Of a stretch of DNA of 30,871 nucleotides, positions 20,833 through 30,796 are shown in pieces (positions within the stretch are counted from its first letter, which is position 1; each line of letters starts with the position of its first letter). The position numbers were made by a program, and so were the translations under genes. The DNA comes from a virus (lineage: Duplodnaviria > Caudoviricetes). The notes beneath the pieces were generated by a model, which was not told the origin of the DNA, made no database searches, and was given only the letters and a program-made list of their open reading frames with translations. The stretch covers positions 1-30,871 of the IMG/VR virus record IMGVR_UViG_3300012940_001451. One strand, given 5' to 3'.

Positions 20833-23247
20833 ATGGCGATAGAAGCAGAACGTCTCCTCGCGATCTTCGAAGCGCGCTTCACCTCGCTTGAAAAGGCGTT
20901 GTCGAAGGCGCGTGGCGACGCCAGCAAGGCCTTCGGCGCGATCGAGGTGTCGGGCAGCAAAGCCGAGAACGCGCTAGCGCGCATCGGCTCGCGCGGAACG
21001 CCGGGCATCGACAAAGCCACACAGTCGATGAGGGCGTTGCAGGGGCAGACAGGCAACCTTGCCGCGCAGTTCAATGACATCGGCGTCCAGCTTGCGGGCG
21101 GCACGTCGCCGCTCCTGATCGCTCTCCAGCAAGGCACGCAGATCAATCAGGCGCTCGGTCCAGCTGGGGCTGGGGCCGCGGTCAAGGCGCTCGGCGGCGC
21201 GTTCGTATCGCTGCTCAATCCTGTTTCGCTCGCGACCATCGCAATCATCGCTGGCGGTGGCTATGCGGCGCAATATTTTCTGTCCGTCGTGACCGGTGGG
21301 CAGAAGTCGGCCGAGACGCTGAAACAGGAGGCGGAACTCATCCAGAAGGTGGCCAAGGAGTGGGGCGATACCTTGCCCGAACTCAAGGCTTACGCCGACG
21401 AGATGAAGCGTGCCGCCGATGAGGCCGAACGGCTCGCTGCGACCGACATTGCCAAGGAAGGGACCGTCCAGAAGGTCCAGACCGACTTTTCTGCCCTGAA
21501 CGACGATATCAAGGCGATGATCGTCCTGGTCCCCGACGCCCAGCGCGCGTTCGTGGCGCTGGGCGGCAAGATCGAAGCCGGGACCGCCACAGGCAAGGAT
21601 TTCAACGGTGTCCTCGAGGCCCTGAACAAGGTCGCGAAAGAGCAGAAGACCGATGCGTTCGATGATGCGATCCGTGCGCTGCGTCAGATGCAGACGGAAG
21701 CGGAACGGGCATCCGACCGCATCGAGAACCTGAACAAGCAGAGCAGCTTCAGGCGCGAGCCGCGCGACGATATCGGCTCCTACCTCCGTGATCCGGATCG
21801 GCCGACGGTGGCGCTTCCCGCAACAGCGCCAACGCCCGGCGAGCGGCCATCATACGAAGACGTGGCCCAGTCCCTCGACAGCATCAACGGCGCGATCGAC
21901 GCCTTCGTGCGGCGGGTCGACCAGGCCGAAGGTCGTGGCAGCAATCCGAACTCGTCGGCGTCCGGTGTAGGTCAGTTCATCGAATCGACCTGGCTGAACT
22001 TGTTTCGGAAATACTATCCGCAGCAGGCCGCCAGCCTGTCGCGCGATGCGATCCTCGACCTGCGCCAGAATGCGGACGTGTCTTATGCGCTGATCAAGGC
22101 GTATGCGGCGGAAAACGCCAAAGTGCTCCAGCAGGCAGGCGTTCATGTCGATGAGACGGCGCTGCAGCTCGCACACTTCCTCGGCGCTGGCGACGCCGCC
22201 AAGGTGCTGAACGCCGCTCCCGGGACTCCGCTCGCCGGGCTGATCCAGCAGAAATCCATCAACGCCAATCCGACCATCCTTGGCGGCGGGCGAACGGTCG
22301 ACGATGCGATCGCCTACGCGCAGCGGCGCGCCAGCGCATCGGCGACGGAAAAGACGCCCGGCGACATCTTCAAGGGCAACATGGATCAGATCCAGCGCCG
22401 GATCGATCTCATCAACGCCGAATACGAGGCGCAGGCCAAGCTCAATCCCCTGGTGAAGGATTACGGCTACCAGGTCGAATACGCCAAGGCCAAGCAGGAC
22501 CTGCTGAACGATGCCCAGAAGGCCGGCATCGAGGTCACGCCCGAGCTCGCCGAGAAGATCGACATTCTGGCGCAGAACTATGCCAAGGCGAAAGCTGCCC
22601 GCGATCAGCTTACCCAGAGCCAGCGTCTGGCCGCCAGCGCAGCGCGCGAGGGCTCGGAGTTCGGCAAGGACGTGCTCGGCGGCTTCATCCGCGATCTGCG
22701 CGACGGCAAGGACGCCAGCGATGCGCTCGCCGATGCATTGGGCAAGGTCGCCGACAAGCTCCTCGATGTCGCGCTGAACGACCTATTCGGGCTCCAGTCC
22801 GGCGGAAACGGCACAGGCGGCCCATTGTCGTTTCTCGGCAGCATCTTCGGCTTGCTGTTCCGCGCCAATGGTGGACCGATCCACGGTCCCGGCGGGCCGA
22901 AGGGCGACAAAATCCCGACCATGCTGTCGGACGGCGAGTATGTGGTCAATTCGGATGCGACCCGCAGGAACCGGGCGCTGCTCGATGCGATCAATTACGG
23001 CGGGCTCGCCTATCGGGCCGGCGGCGGCGCCATGTCGGGACCTCCGTCCGGTCCGATCATCCGGCGTGGGTCGTCGAATGCGGCCGGCGGCGACTACCTC
23101 AATGTCGACGGCACCTTCAAGGTCGTGAACGGCAATCTGGTCCCGCTGGTGACCGACGTTTCCGGCGTTGTCGCCGGCCGACAGGTCAAGTCGGCGAACA
23201 AGGCCATTCCGTCGCGTATCGCGTCGAGCCAGTCCAGGGGGGTGTGA
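20833..23247 (+). CDS. Tape measure protein with internal lytic-transglycosylase-like domain
   Basis: NLAAQFNDIGVQLAGG.SPL.IALQQGTQI (lambda-type TMP N-domain); AE...NPNSSASGVGQFIESTW...LAHFLG; C-terminal GPG....DKIP.MLSDGEYVVN. Confidence 0.93.
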   Translation: MAIEAERLLAIFEARFTSLEKALSKARGDASKAFGAIEVSGSKAENALARIGSRGTPGIDKATQSMRALQGQTGNLAAQFNDIGVQLAGGTSPLLIALQQGTQINQALGPAGAGAAVKALGGAFVSLLNPVSLATIAIIAGGGYAAQYFLSVVTGGQKSAETLKQEAELIQKVAKEWGDTLPELKAYADEMKRAADEAERLAATDIAKEGTVQKVQTDFSALNDDIKAMIVLVPDAQRAFVALGGKIEAGTATGKDFNGVLEALNKVAKEQKTDAFDDAIRALRQMQTEAERASDRIENLNKQSSFRREPRDDIGSYLRDPDRPTVALPATAPTPGERPSYEDVAQSLDSINGAIDAFVRRVDQAEGRGSNPNSSASGVGQFIESTWLNLFRKYYPQQAASLSRDAILDLRQNADVSYALIKAYAAENAKVLQQAGVHVDETALQLAHFLGAGDAAKVLNAAPGTPLAGLIQQKSINANPTILGGGRTVDDAIAYAQRRASASATEKTPGDIFKGNMDQIQRRIDLINAEYEAQAKLNPLVKDYGYQVEYAKAKQDLLNDAQKAGIEVTPELAEKIDILAQNYAKAKAARDQLTQSQRLAASAAREGSEFGKDVLGGFIRDLRDGKDASDALADALGKVADKLLDVALNDLFGLQSGGNGTGGPLSFLGSIFGLLFRANGGPIHGPGGPKGDKIPTMLSDGEYVVNSDATRRNRALLDAINYGGLAYRAGGGAMSGPPSGPIIRRGSSNAAGGDYLNVDGTFKVVNGNLVPLVTDVSGVVAGRQVKSANKAIPSRIASSQSRGV

Positions 23248-23936
23248 TGCAGCGCGATATCGTCGATCTGCCGCACAACCTCGGGCCGAAGGTATCGGAC
23301 TGGGCCATCAATGTTCTCGGCCGCTCGGCAGGGGACGGCGTCACCGGCTCCGGTCAGGTGGTGCTGGGGCGGCAACCGCGCTGGGAATCGACCCTCACCT
23401 TGAGCGCATTCGGGCGAGATCGTGTGCTGGCATGGGAGGCGGTGCGCGCCAGCTTGAAAGGGCGCGTCAACGTGCTTCGGGTGACGATCTGCGATCCCTA
23501 TCGCGCCACACTCTCTGAGATCGGGGTGCCGGCCGACGATCCGCGCGAAACTCCGCACGATGACGATGTGCTGTTCGATGACGACACCGGCTATGACTAC
23601 GAGCCGACGTTTCTGGCGATGGAGGCTTACGCGCGGGGCGTGGAGGAAATCACCTTCGATCCGACGTCGATCGGCAACGCGCTTCAACCCGGCCAGTGGT
23701 TCAGCCATGACGACTGGCCCTACAAGGTCACCGGCATCTGGAACGAAGACGGCGGCCTGACGCGGATCAAGTTCGAACCGCCATTGCGTCGCGACATTCC
23801 CCTGGACGCGGAGATCACATTGCGCGCCACCGGCCTGTTCGCCCTGGAGAGCGACCTCGAGGGCCGCTTGCCTCGCCAGTTCGGCAAATCGGGCGAGGCG
23901 ACTGTCAACCTCGTCGAATGGACTTCCCGCCCATGA
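23247..23936 (+). CDS. Distal tail (Dit-like) protein
   Basis: First gene after TMP; L.GRVN; LQPGQWFS; FEPPLR. Confidence 0.7.
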   Translation: MQRDIVDLPHNLGPKVSDWAINVLGRSAGDGVTGSGQVVLGRQPRWESTLTLSAFGRDRVLAWEAVRASLKGRVNVLRVTICDPYRATLSEIGVPADDPRETPHDDDVLFDDDTGYDYEPTFLAMEAYARGVEEITFDPTSIGNALQPGQWFSHDDWPYKVTGIWNEDGGLTRIKFEPPLRRDIPLDAEITLRATGLFALESDLEGRLPRQFGKSGEATVNLVEWTSRP

Positions 23937-24532
23937 GCCTGCCGGACGATTACGATCTCCGCGCGCCGGTCATCGGCGTCGTCGATCTTGTCGCGCTTGA
24001 CACGACGGCCGGGACGGTCCGCCTGCTGCTCGGCGACGACGGTTTCTTCTTCGACGTGAACGGCAACCAGTGGTACGGCTCCAAGCTGATCTCCACGTCC
24101 GAGATCGATTTCAGCGTCAACGGCACCGCGCCGGCCGTCGAACTGACGCTGAGCTTCGTGCAGGATCCTGACTCGGACGATCTTGTCTCGGCGGTGAAGG
24201 AATACGGCGTCGGAGCAGTGAAGGGCAGGCCTGCCCGGTTCTATATCCAGTATCTGGAAAGCACCGGCCAGTTTTTCCGACCGGTGTTTGCGCCGCAATT
24301 GCTGACCACGCGCACGATGATGAATCTCGACTATTCTTTCGAGGGGCCGCAGGTGCGCCGCCTGACACTCACGGTCGAAGGGCCGTTTAATCTTCGCGCC
24401 AAGCCCGTCGGCGGTCGCTACAACACCAGCGACCATTCCCGCCGCCTCGGCCTTCCTGCCGGCACCATCAACCCATCACTGGAATGGATGCCGAACAACA
24501 CCTTCGACGATCAGCCGCTGTTTGGCCTCTGA
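23933..24532 (+). CDS. Tail tip / hub protein
   Basis: ATGA-coupled; position between Dit and the peptidase; G..WYG..LI...GTAP.V.LTLS. Confidence 0.65.
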   Translation: MSLPDDYDLRAPVIGVVDLVALDTTAGTVRLLLGDDGFFFDVNGNQWYGSKLISTSEIDFSVNGTAPAVELTLSFVQDPDSDDLVSAVKEYGVGAVKGRPARFYIQYLESTGQFFRPVFAPQLLTTRTMMNLDYSFEGPQVRRLTLTVEGPFNLRAKPVGGRYNTSDHSRRLGLPAGTINPSLEWMPNNTFDDQPLFGL

Positions 24533-24544
24533 CATCTGTGCATC

Positions 24545-24952
24545 ATGGACATTCTTTACGCGCACCTTCACCGGTCGATGGCGCAGCCTTTCGTGTGGGG
24601 CGAAAGCGACTGCATGCTCGATGTGGCCAATTACCTGCTGCTGCTGACCGGCCGCGACTGCGGCAAGCGGTATCGCGGGCTCTACGACAGCGCCTTCACC
24701 TGCCAGAAGGCCAGCGGGTTCCTCACCGATCCGGTGAAGCCGATGGCGGAATGTGCGGCGGAGTTTCCGTTGACTATGACCGCCGATCCGAAGCGCGGCG
24801 ATGTCGGCGTCGTGCTCGTGCGGGACGGCCACAAGGTGAAGGCGACAGGCGGTATCTGCCTCGGCCGCAACTGGGCCGTGAAGGCCGAAACCGGACTGGC
24901 CATCGGTCCCGCAATCGAAGTGCTTGCCGCATGGAGTGCGCCTGATGCGTAA
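24545..24952 (+). CDS. NlpC/P60-like tail assembly protein (lambda gpK position)
   Basis: PFVWGESDC..DVA...TGRD...YRG.Y...RGDVGVV. Confidence 0.8.
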   Translation: MDILYAHLHRSMAQPFVWGESDCMLDVANYLLLLTGRDCGKRYRGLYDSAFTCQKASGFLTDPVKPMAECAAEFPLTMTADPKRGDVGVVLVRDGHKVKATGGICLGRNWAVKAETGLAIGPAIEVLAAWSAPDA

Positions 24953-27152
24953 ATTGCTCTATGCGGCCTTTCTTCTCGGTACGACCGCGCTTTATCCAGC
25001 CCCGGCCCATGCCATGCCGCCGGTCGTCGGCTTCCTCGGAGGATTAATCACTGCGCTTGGCGCTCCAACCATTGGCGGCGCCATTGCCGGTATCGGAGGC
25101 TTCTCCGCTGCCGGCTTTGCCGCCGGATACGGATTCGCAGGCTCGCTGCTCGGCGGCGCGCTGATCAAGATCGGCCTGTCGCTCGGAATATCCTATCTGA
25201 CCTCGCTGCTGCGGCCGAAGCCACCTGTGGCGAACCCCGGCGCGCGCATGGTCAATATGCGCCAGGAGGTCAGCTTCTTCGAATTCGCCTATGGTCTGGT
25301 CCGCAAGGGCGGCCCGGTGGCGTTCTGGAAGGCCAAGGACGGCAAGCGCTATTATGACGTGATCCTCGCGGCGCACGAGATCAATCGCGTCCGCACGCGC
25401 TTCCTCGATGAGCCGGAAGTGACGCTCGACGAAGACGGATTCGTGCAAGAATCGTCGTTCTATTCCAAACATCGCTCGCGCGTTCAGATCGTGGAATATC
25501 TCGGGGCTGCCGGGCAGGTCGCCGCAGCGATCCTGATGACTGCGTTTCCTGCGCAGTGGACATCGGCCCACGATATGGCCGGCTTCGCCCACTCCGTCAT
25601 AGTTGCCCAGAATACGAGGCAGGAGGATTTCCAGACTGTCTATAAAACCGGCCGCGAGCCAGTTTACACAGCGCTGGTCGAGGCGAAGAAGGTCTACGAT
25701 CCCCGAGATGAGGAACAGACGCTCGGCGATCCGTCGACCTATAAGTGGACCACGAACGCCGCGCTGATCATCGCCGATTGGGCGACCTCTTCGGATGGTC
25801 TGGAGCGCTCCGTCGATTGGGACGACGTCGCCAACGAGGCGGATGCTTGCGACGTCACGGTTACCGATCGCGATGGCAATACCCATCCGAAGTGGCAGCT
25901 CTGCGGCTCCTATTCCGCCGCCGACGATCGTGAGACTGTCAGGGCGCAACTCGGCGTCGCCTGCGACTGTTTTTTCTATGAGGACAGCGAGGGCCGCGTC
26001 GGTTTCCATGTCGGTCGATGGATCGAGCCTGACGTCACGATCGAGGACGACGACATCGTCAGCGCCCGCTATTCCGAAGGCCAGCCGGGCACGGAAGTCG
26101 CGAACGCCTATGTCATCGAATACACCGAGCCGTCGCAGGGATGGCGTCAGGCAGCCGCTTCCGCCTATGTCGTCGATGCGGCCGACGAAGCATACACCGA
26201 AGACAGCCTTCAGGTGTTCTGGGCGCCGAACCATAACCAGGCGGTACGGATCGAAAAGCGCCTGCTGAAGGTCGCACGGGCCAAATACACGGTCTCCCAG
26301 GTCCTGAAGTATCAGGGCGCGCGCCTGCTGACCAAACGCTTCTTCCGCCAGAACCATGTTGAAGCCGGCATCGACATGACATTCGAGGTCGACAAGCTGT
26401 CGCGCAACGACGACGGCATCACCTGGACGGTGGAGGCGCACTCGGTCGCCGGGCCGGAAGACTTCGATTTCGACGCCGCTACCGAAGAGCCTGTCATGCC
26501 GGCACGCGGATCGTTCGAGGTATCGAAAGACATTCCGGAGCCAGCCAACTTAGCGGCGGTGGTCGAGTCCTTCTCCGGCGGCGCGGCCATCAATGTCTCG
26601 TGGGATGAAAGCGACCGGGACAGCCTGCTCTATCAGGTCCGCTTCCGCGTTCACGATCCGGCTGGCGACTGGACGACGATCAATGTGCCGCCCGGCCAGT
26701 TCTTCCAGAGGATCCTCGGCCTTGTCGACGGCGAGACTTACGACGTGCAGGCGCGCACGATCTCGGCAACGGGGCAGGCGTCGAAGTGGGTACCGAACAG
26801 CGGCGGCGACGAAGACGATCCGACTCTGTCGGTGACGATCGTCGTCGATCCGACGGCACCCGCCGCTCTGGATGCGCCTACCGCGTCGGATGGGACAGGG
26901 CAGTTCAACGCGATCTTCGAGACCACGAACGACACACATCTCTCCACTGTGGCGGTCTACAGGGTTGTCAGCGGCGGGACGTTGAACCGGACAACCGACA
27001 TCGTCGCGCCGCCATACGGCGTATCCCTCGGCCTCTATTACTCGCTGCCGATCGCCTCCGCAGCCGGCGTCTTCGACATCTACATGGAGCCGTTCAACCG
27101 CTCCGGCGTGGCCGGTCCGCTAGCCGGGCCGTTCGCGGTGACCGTCTCCTAA
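24945..27152 (+). CDS. Central tail tip / host-specificity protein (gpJ-like, FN3-like domain)
   Basis: Start re-called at ATG 24945 (GGAG SD); AYG.VRKGG; LAAHEI; KKVYDPR; WTTNAALIIAD; A.EADACD; FN3-like VSWD...YQVRFR...GLVDGETYDVQAR. Confidence 0.88.
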   Translation: MRKLLYAAFLLGTTALYPAPAHAMPPVVGFLGGLITALGAPTIGGAIAGIGGFSAAGFAAGYGFAGSLLGGALIKIGLSLGISYLTSLLRPKPPVANPGARMVNMRQEVSFFEFAYGLVRKGGPVAFWKAKDGKRYYDVILAAHEINRVRTRFLDEPEVTLDEDGFVQESSFYSKHRSRVQIVEYLGAAGQVAAAILMTAFPAQWTSAHDMAGFAHSVIVAQNTRQEDFQTVYKTGREPVYTALVEAKKVYDPRDEEQTLGDPSTYKWTTNAALIIADWATSSDGLERSVDWDDVANEADACDVTVTDRDGNTHPKWQLCGSYSAADDRETVRAQLGVACDCFFYEDSEGRVGFHVGRWIEPDVTIEDDDIVSARYSEGQPGTEVANAYVIEYTEPSQGWRQAAASAYVVDAADEAYTEDSLQVFWAPNHNQAVRIEKRLLKVARAKYTVSQVLKYQGARLLTKRFFRQNHVEAGIDMTFEVDKLSRNDDGITWTVEAHSVAGPEDFDFDAATEEPVMPARGSFEVSKDIPEPANLAAVVESFSGGAAINVSWDESDRDSLLYQVRFRVHDPAGDWTTINVPPGQFFQRILGLVDGETYDVQARTISATGQASKWVPNSGGDEDDPTLSVTIVVDPTAPAALDAPTASDGTGQFNAIFETTNDTHLSTVAVYRVVSGGTLNRTTDIVAPPYGVSLGLYYSLPIASAAGVFDIYMEPFNRSGVAGPLAGPFAVTVS

Positions 27153-27192
27153 ACCTCAAAAACTCAACCTCCCGTTTTTAATGGAGAGCCGC

Positions 27193-30045
27193 ATGGCCGT
27201 CCAAAAGGCGAACTATATCTGGCGCGACTTCAAGACCGACGGTGTTCCGGCGTCGGGGAAGAACAAGCCGTCGAAGCGCCAGATCCGCGAGCGCGAGACG
27301 TGGGTCGAGAACGCCATCAACGCCGGCCTCTCCAACGGCGGCCTGATCTACGACACCAAGGCCAACATGGACGCCGATCTTGCCCATGACGCCAATGCCT
27401 CGGCATGGGTGATTGCGGATGGCACGGTCGCGAACAATGGTATCTATCGGAAGAACGGGGCGTCGGGCTCTGGCTCATGGACGCGGATCGGCGACCTTCC
27501 GTACAGCTTCATCAAGGCGAGCAATGCGGGCGCCGGCACCGCGAATGCCATCCAGGCAACGACATCGATCCCGATCCCGGCCGGCGACGGCGCGGCGCTG
27601 ATCACGCTCAACATAACGGCGAACAATACCGGCGCAGCGACGGTGTCGTTCAATGGCGGCGCGGCGCTGACCATCAAAACGGCCAGTGGTGCCGATGTTC
27701 AGGCGGATTATCTCGTCGCCGGCGCCGTGGTGTCCGGCTATGTGGTCGGCAGCACGTTCCAGCTTACGTCCGAAGTCGGCACCGCTGCGGCAGCGGCAGC
27801 AGCTCAGGCGGCGGCGGATGCGGCGACTGCGGCGGCGGCCGGAGTTGTCAGCACCCAGAAGTCCCGCGCCTATGCGATGGCGAGCTATCATCCAGATGTC
27901 GCGCCTGACTTTATTCAGACGGCTGGCTGGGCACTTCCCGGTGACGGCGGCGCCGCGCTTTACAAACAGGTTGCCGCCGAGCCGTCGCACGAAGGCAAAT
28001 TCCCGCTGGAGCTTGGCGATGGTGTGACGGTCGTCTGGTTTGAATTGACCGACGTTGTTCCCAACGTTCTTCAGTTCGGCGCTGATGCTACCGGGGCGGA
28101 TGGCTCGTCCGACGCGTTCTCCAAGGCCGCACAGTTCGCGTTCTCGAATACGGTGCGCATTTCGCTGTATGAGAACCTACCGCTCGCGCCAGTTGCCAAC
28201 GTCATTGTGCCCGCTGGCCTGTGGAAGCTAGACGAATGGGTCGATACTGGCGGCGCAAACGTCACGTGGCTTGTCGATGACGCCGCACAGTTCGATAGCG
28301 ACTGCGCCGCGTTTCTCACCGGCAGGATACACCGTGGCGCTCGCGTGGATTTCGCTTCTCCATATGGCGCACTCGACAATGCTTGTGGCTTTGCTGTCAT
28401 CGCAGGAATGCGGAAATTCAGCGTTCATACTCCAGTTGGAGACCGGCCTGCCGGTGTCTCTGGGTATCTAAATCCCAAGCAGATCGGCGCTGGTAACAAT
28501 GGTCCGGGCGGCGTTGTAGGTTTCTATGCGGAGGCCAGCACGGTGCCACCGCTGGCAATCAGCACTAGCGCGACGTACGGCAGTAGTACAATTGTGACCC
28601 TGCCGCTGGCTGACGTGGAGAAGCGCCGCCTCCGCAAGGGCCTGTTCATGGAGATCGGCAACGGCCCGCCTTCGTATCGGGCCATGCTCGATAGCTGGTC
28701 GGACGATGGAAATACGCTGACGCTGGTGACGACGGGATGGCGTGCGATTGGCGCGGCGGAAGCCGATCCCGACAGCATACCGCCAGATGACGGAACCACG
28801 CTCTATATCGGGACAACCACGAAATCTTGGGCAACGAACTTCAATATTGTCCTTAACGCAAATTCAAATGACCCGCCGCAAGGTGTTGCGGGTGAGATTG
28901 GCGTCTTCAACTATCGTGTCTCACCGGCAAGCTTCGATAACGCAGATGGCTACGCTTGGGGGTGGGACGTTGCCAATGTGGGACAATACAAGCTTTCCAA
29001 CTTCTATCAGGCGCGAGGTGCTGGATTTACCGGCTACCTTTCATCCAGCGTCGATGTCGGTTTCCGCTGTGCGGCATTCCTAAGCTACACGCTGCCCGCC
29101 ACCGGCTTTCGGTATGAGGGAAGCGGCATTGCGTTTTCAAAGACGAACGCAAGTTCCGTTGTAGACGTACAGATCACCAATGGTACGATTGAACTCGGCG
29201 CTCAGGGCGCATCAAATACACCCGTTATAGACTTCCACAGCGGCGCAACGAATGTTGACTACGACGCTCGCATTTCAGTCACGGGCGGCGATGGCTCTAT
29301 CGGCCACGGTGCAATTTCGATCACGGCAAATACGCTCGTGACGCCAGCCCTCCGTCCAAGTGCTGACAACACGCTTGCGCTCGGCAATGCGTCTTTCCGA
29401 TGGTCTACTGTCTACGCCGGAACGGGTACGATTAACACGTCCGACCCGAAGCTGAAGACGTTTCTTGACGATGACATGGAGCCTTTGAAGAGGGCGGTGA
29501 AACGCCTGAAAGTCAAAGCGTTCCAGTGGAAGGACGTCGTCGCTCAGAAAGGTAATGATGCTCGCATTCATATCGGCTTCAGCGCCCAAGACGTGCTGGA
29601 TGCGTTCGAGGCCGAAGGTCTGGACGCGCGCCGATACGCCCTGTTCTGCGAAGATGATGAAGTCGAACACGTCGAGGTCATCGACTATATCGAAGTCCCT
29701 GAAATGGAGGATTTTGAGGAAGAGTATACAGATCGCGAGGTTCGCGACGACGGCATCTACCTAGTCAAGAAGACCAGAACAGCGCAGCGGCCAAGGGTTG
29801 TCGAACTGCCTGTCCTCAACGAGGACGGTACTCGCGCTATGCAAGAGAAAGGTGTTCTCGACGCTGACGGCAACGTTGTCCGCGATGGAAGGAACCGCCC
29901 AATAGTCCAACAAGTCGCGGCCGTAGCTCCGGTGCCTGTGATGCGCAAGAAGGAGGTCAGGACCATCGAGGCGCGCCCCACTGGCGGCAAGACAATGGGT
30001 TTGCGGTATGACCAGTTGATGTTGCTGATGCTGGCGGACGGGTAA
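27193..30045 (+). CDS. Tail fibre/tailspike with beta-helix-like region and C-terminal S74 intramolecular chaperone
   Basis: GGAG SD before ATG 27193; Ala-rich linker; NVLQFGADATG...DAF..A; IDFHSG..VDYDARI; RWSTVYAGTGTINTSD..LK; HIGFSAQDV; GLRYDQL. Confidence 0.9.
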   Translation: MAVQKANYIWRDFKTDGVPASGKNKPSKRQIRERETWVENAINAGLSNGGLIYDTKANMDADLAHDANASAWVIADGTVANNGIYRKNGASGSGSWTRIGDLPYSFIKASNAGAGTANAIQATTSIPIPAGDGAALITLNITANNTGAATVSFNGGAALTIKTASGADVQADYLVAGAVVSGYVVGSTFQLTSEVGTAAAAAAAQAAADAATAAAAGVVSTQKSRAYAMASYHPDVAPDFIQTAGWALPGDGGAALYKQVAAEPSHEGKFPLELGDGVTVVWFELTDVVPNVLQFGADATGADGSSDAFSKAAQFAFSNTVRISLYENLPLAPVANVIVPAGLWKLDEWVDTGGANVTWLVDDAAQFDSDCAAFLTGRIHRGARVDFASPYGALDNACGFAVIAGMRKFSVHTPVGDRPAGVSGYLNPKQIGAGNNGPGGVVGFYAEASTVPPLAISTSATYGSSTIVTLPLADVEKRRLRKGLFMEIGNGPPSYRAMLDSWSDDGNTLTLVTTGWRAIGAAEADPDSIPPDDGTTLYIGTTTKSWATNFNIVLNANSNDPPQGVAGEIGVFNYRVSPASFDNADGYAWGWDVANVGQYKLSNFYQARGAGFTGYLSSSVDVGFRCAAFLSYTLPATGFRYEGSGIAFSKTNASSVVDVQITNGTIELGAQGASNTPVIDFHSGATNVDYDARISVTGGDGSIGHGAISITANTLVTPALRPSADNTLALGNASFRWSTVYAGTGTINTSDPKLKTFLDDDMEPLKRAVKRLKVKAFQWKDVVAQKGNDARIHIGFSAQDVLDAFEAEGLDARRYALFCEDDEVEHVEVIDYIEVPEMEDFEEEYTDREVRDDGIYLVKKTRTAQRPRVVELPVLNEDGTRAMQEKGVLDADGNVVRDGRNRPIVQQVAAVAPVPVMRKKEVRTIEARPTGGKTMGLRYDQLMLLMLADG

Positions 30046-30049
30046 GCCC

Positions 30050-30718
30050 CTAGTCTTTATAAAATCGAGCGCCCGTCTGCTGGTTTTCCCTTTGATTTCC
30101 GATGACAAGCCGAAGGTCAAGGTGTGAGGCCCATGCCTCCAGCATTGGGCGCTCGATGAACATATTCAAATGAGGCTTCAGTGGCCGTTCATAGTCTGTG
30201 ACCATGCGCTCAAACATGCTCCAGTACGGCGCGCTCTCCAAAAAGGTTATGTAGATCAGCCCGCCAGGCTTCAGGACGCGTTTCGCGTCGCGAAGGTAGA
30301 CGTAGCTTTCCTGATGGAAAAGGTGGGTCAAGACGCTGAAGAAGCACACCATGTTCGCGCTTTCGTCACGGGCAGGGATGGAAATTTGCTGGTGAAGCAC
30401 GAACTTGAAATGGTCGGGGCTGTTCTGACGAGCGTAGTCCAGCAAATCGGGAACGATGTCGGTCCCAAGATATTCGATGTCTGGCATTTTCCTGCCGAGC
30501 GCTGCGGCAACCCGGCCACTGCCGCACCCCACGTCAATAAGCGTGTGCCCCGATGAGAGACCGGCAGATATAAGAGCTGACGACAGTCCGTCACCGGCTC
30601 TTTCGTAAGAGCTTTCGCTACCAACGGCCTTCGACATGGCGGTTTCGAGCGGAAGCGTAGCCTTCATCTCGGCAACCATGTCGTTGTAGCTCTGAACGTA
30701 GTGTGGCTTTTCTGACAC
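30050..30718 (-). CDS. Class I SAM-dependent methyltransferase (moron)
   Basis: LIDVGCGSGR, YLGTDI, FSVLTHL, RVLKPGG; GTG start with GAGG SD; no DNA-MTase DPPY/NPPY/PC motif. Confidence 0.9.
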   Translation of the reverse strand: MSEKPHYVQSYNDMVAEMKATLPLETAMSKAVGSESSYERAGDGLSSALISAGLSSGHTLIDVGCGSGRVAAALGRKMPDIEYLGTDIVPDLLDYARQNSPDHFKFVLHQQISIPARDESANMVCFFSVLTHLFHQESYVYLRDAKRVLKPGGLIYITFLESAPYWSMFERMVTDYERPLKPHLNMFIERPMLEAWASHLDLRLVIGNQRENQQTGARFYKD

Positions 30719-30796
30719 CGGGTTTCCTCACACAGATTTTCGCCAGTCAAACCACACCGCGCGCCATCGCGCAACACCTCACCACAACCGAAGGAA

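Noticed and set aside
27781-27840. GCG-rich tandem repeat
   Set aside because: Simply encodes the Ala-rich linker of the fibre protein
30050-30718. DNA methyltransferase or restriction-modification component
   Set aside because: Lacks DPPY/NPPY or PC catalytic motifs and has no partner nuclease
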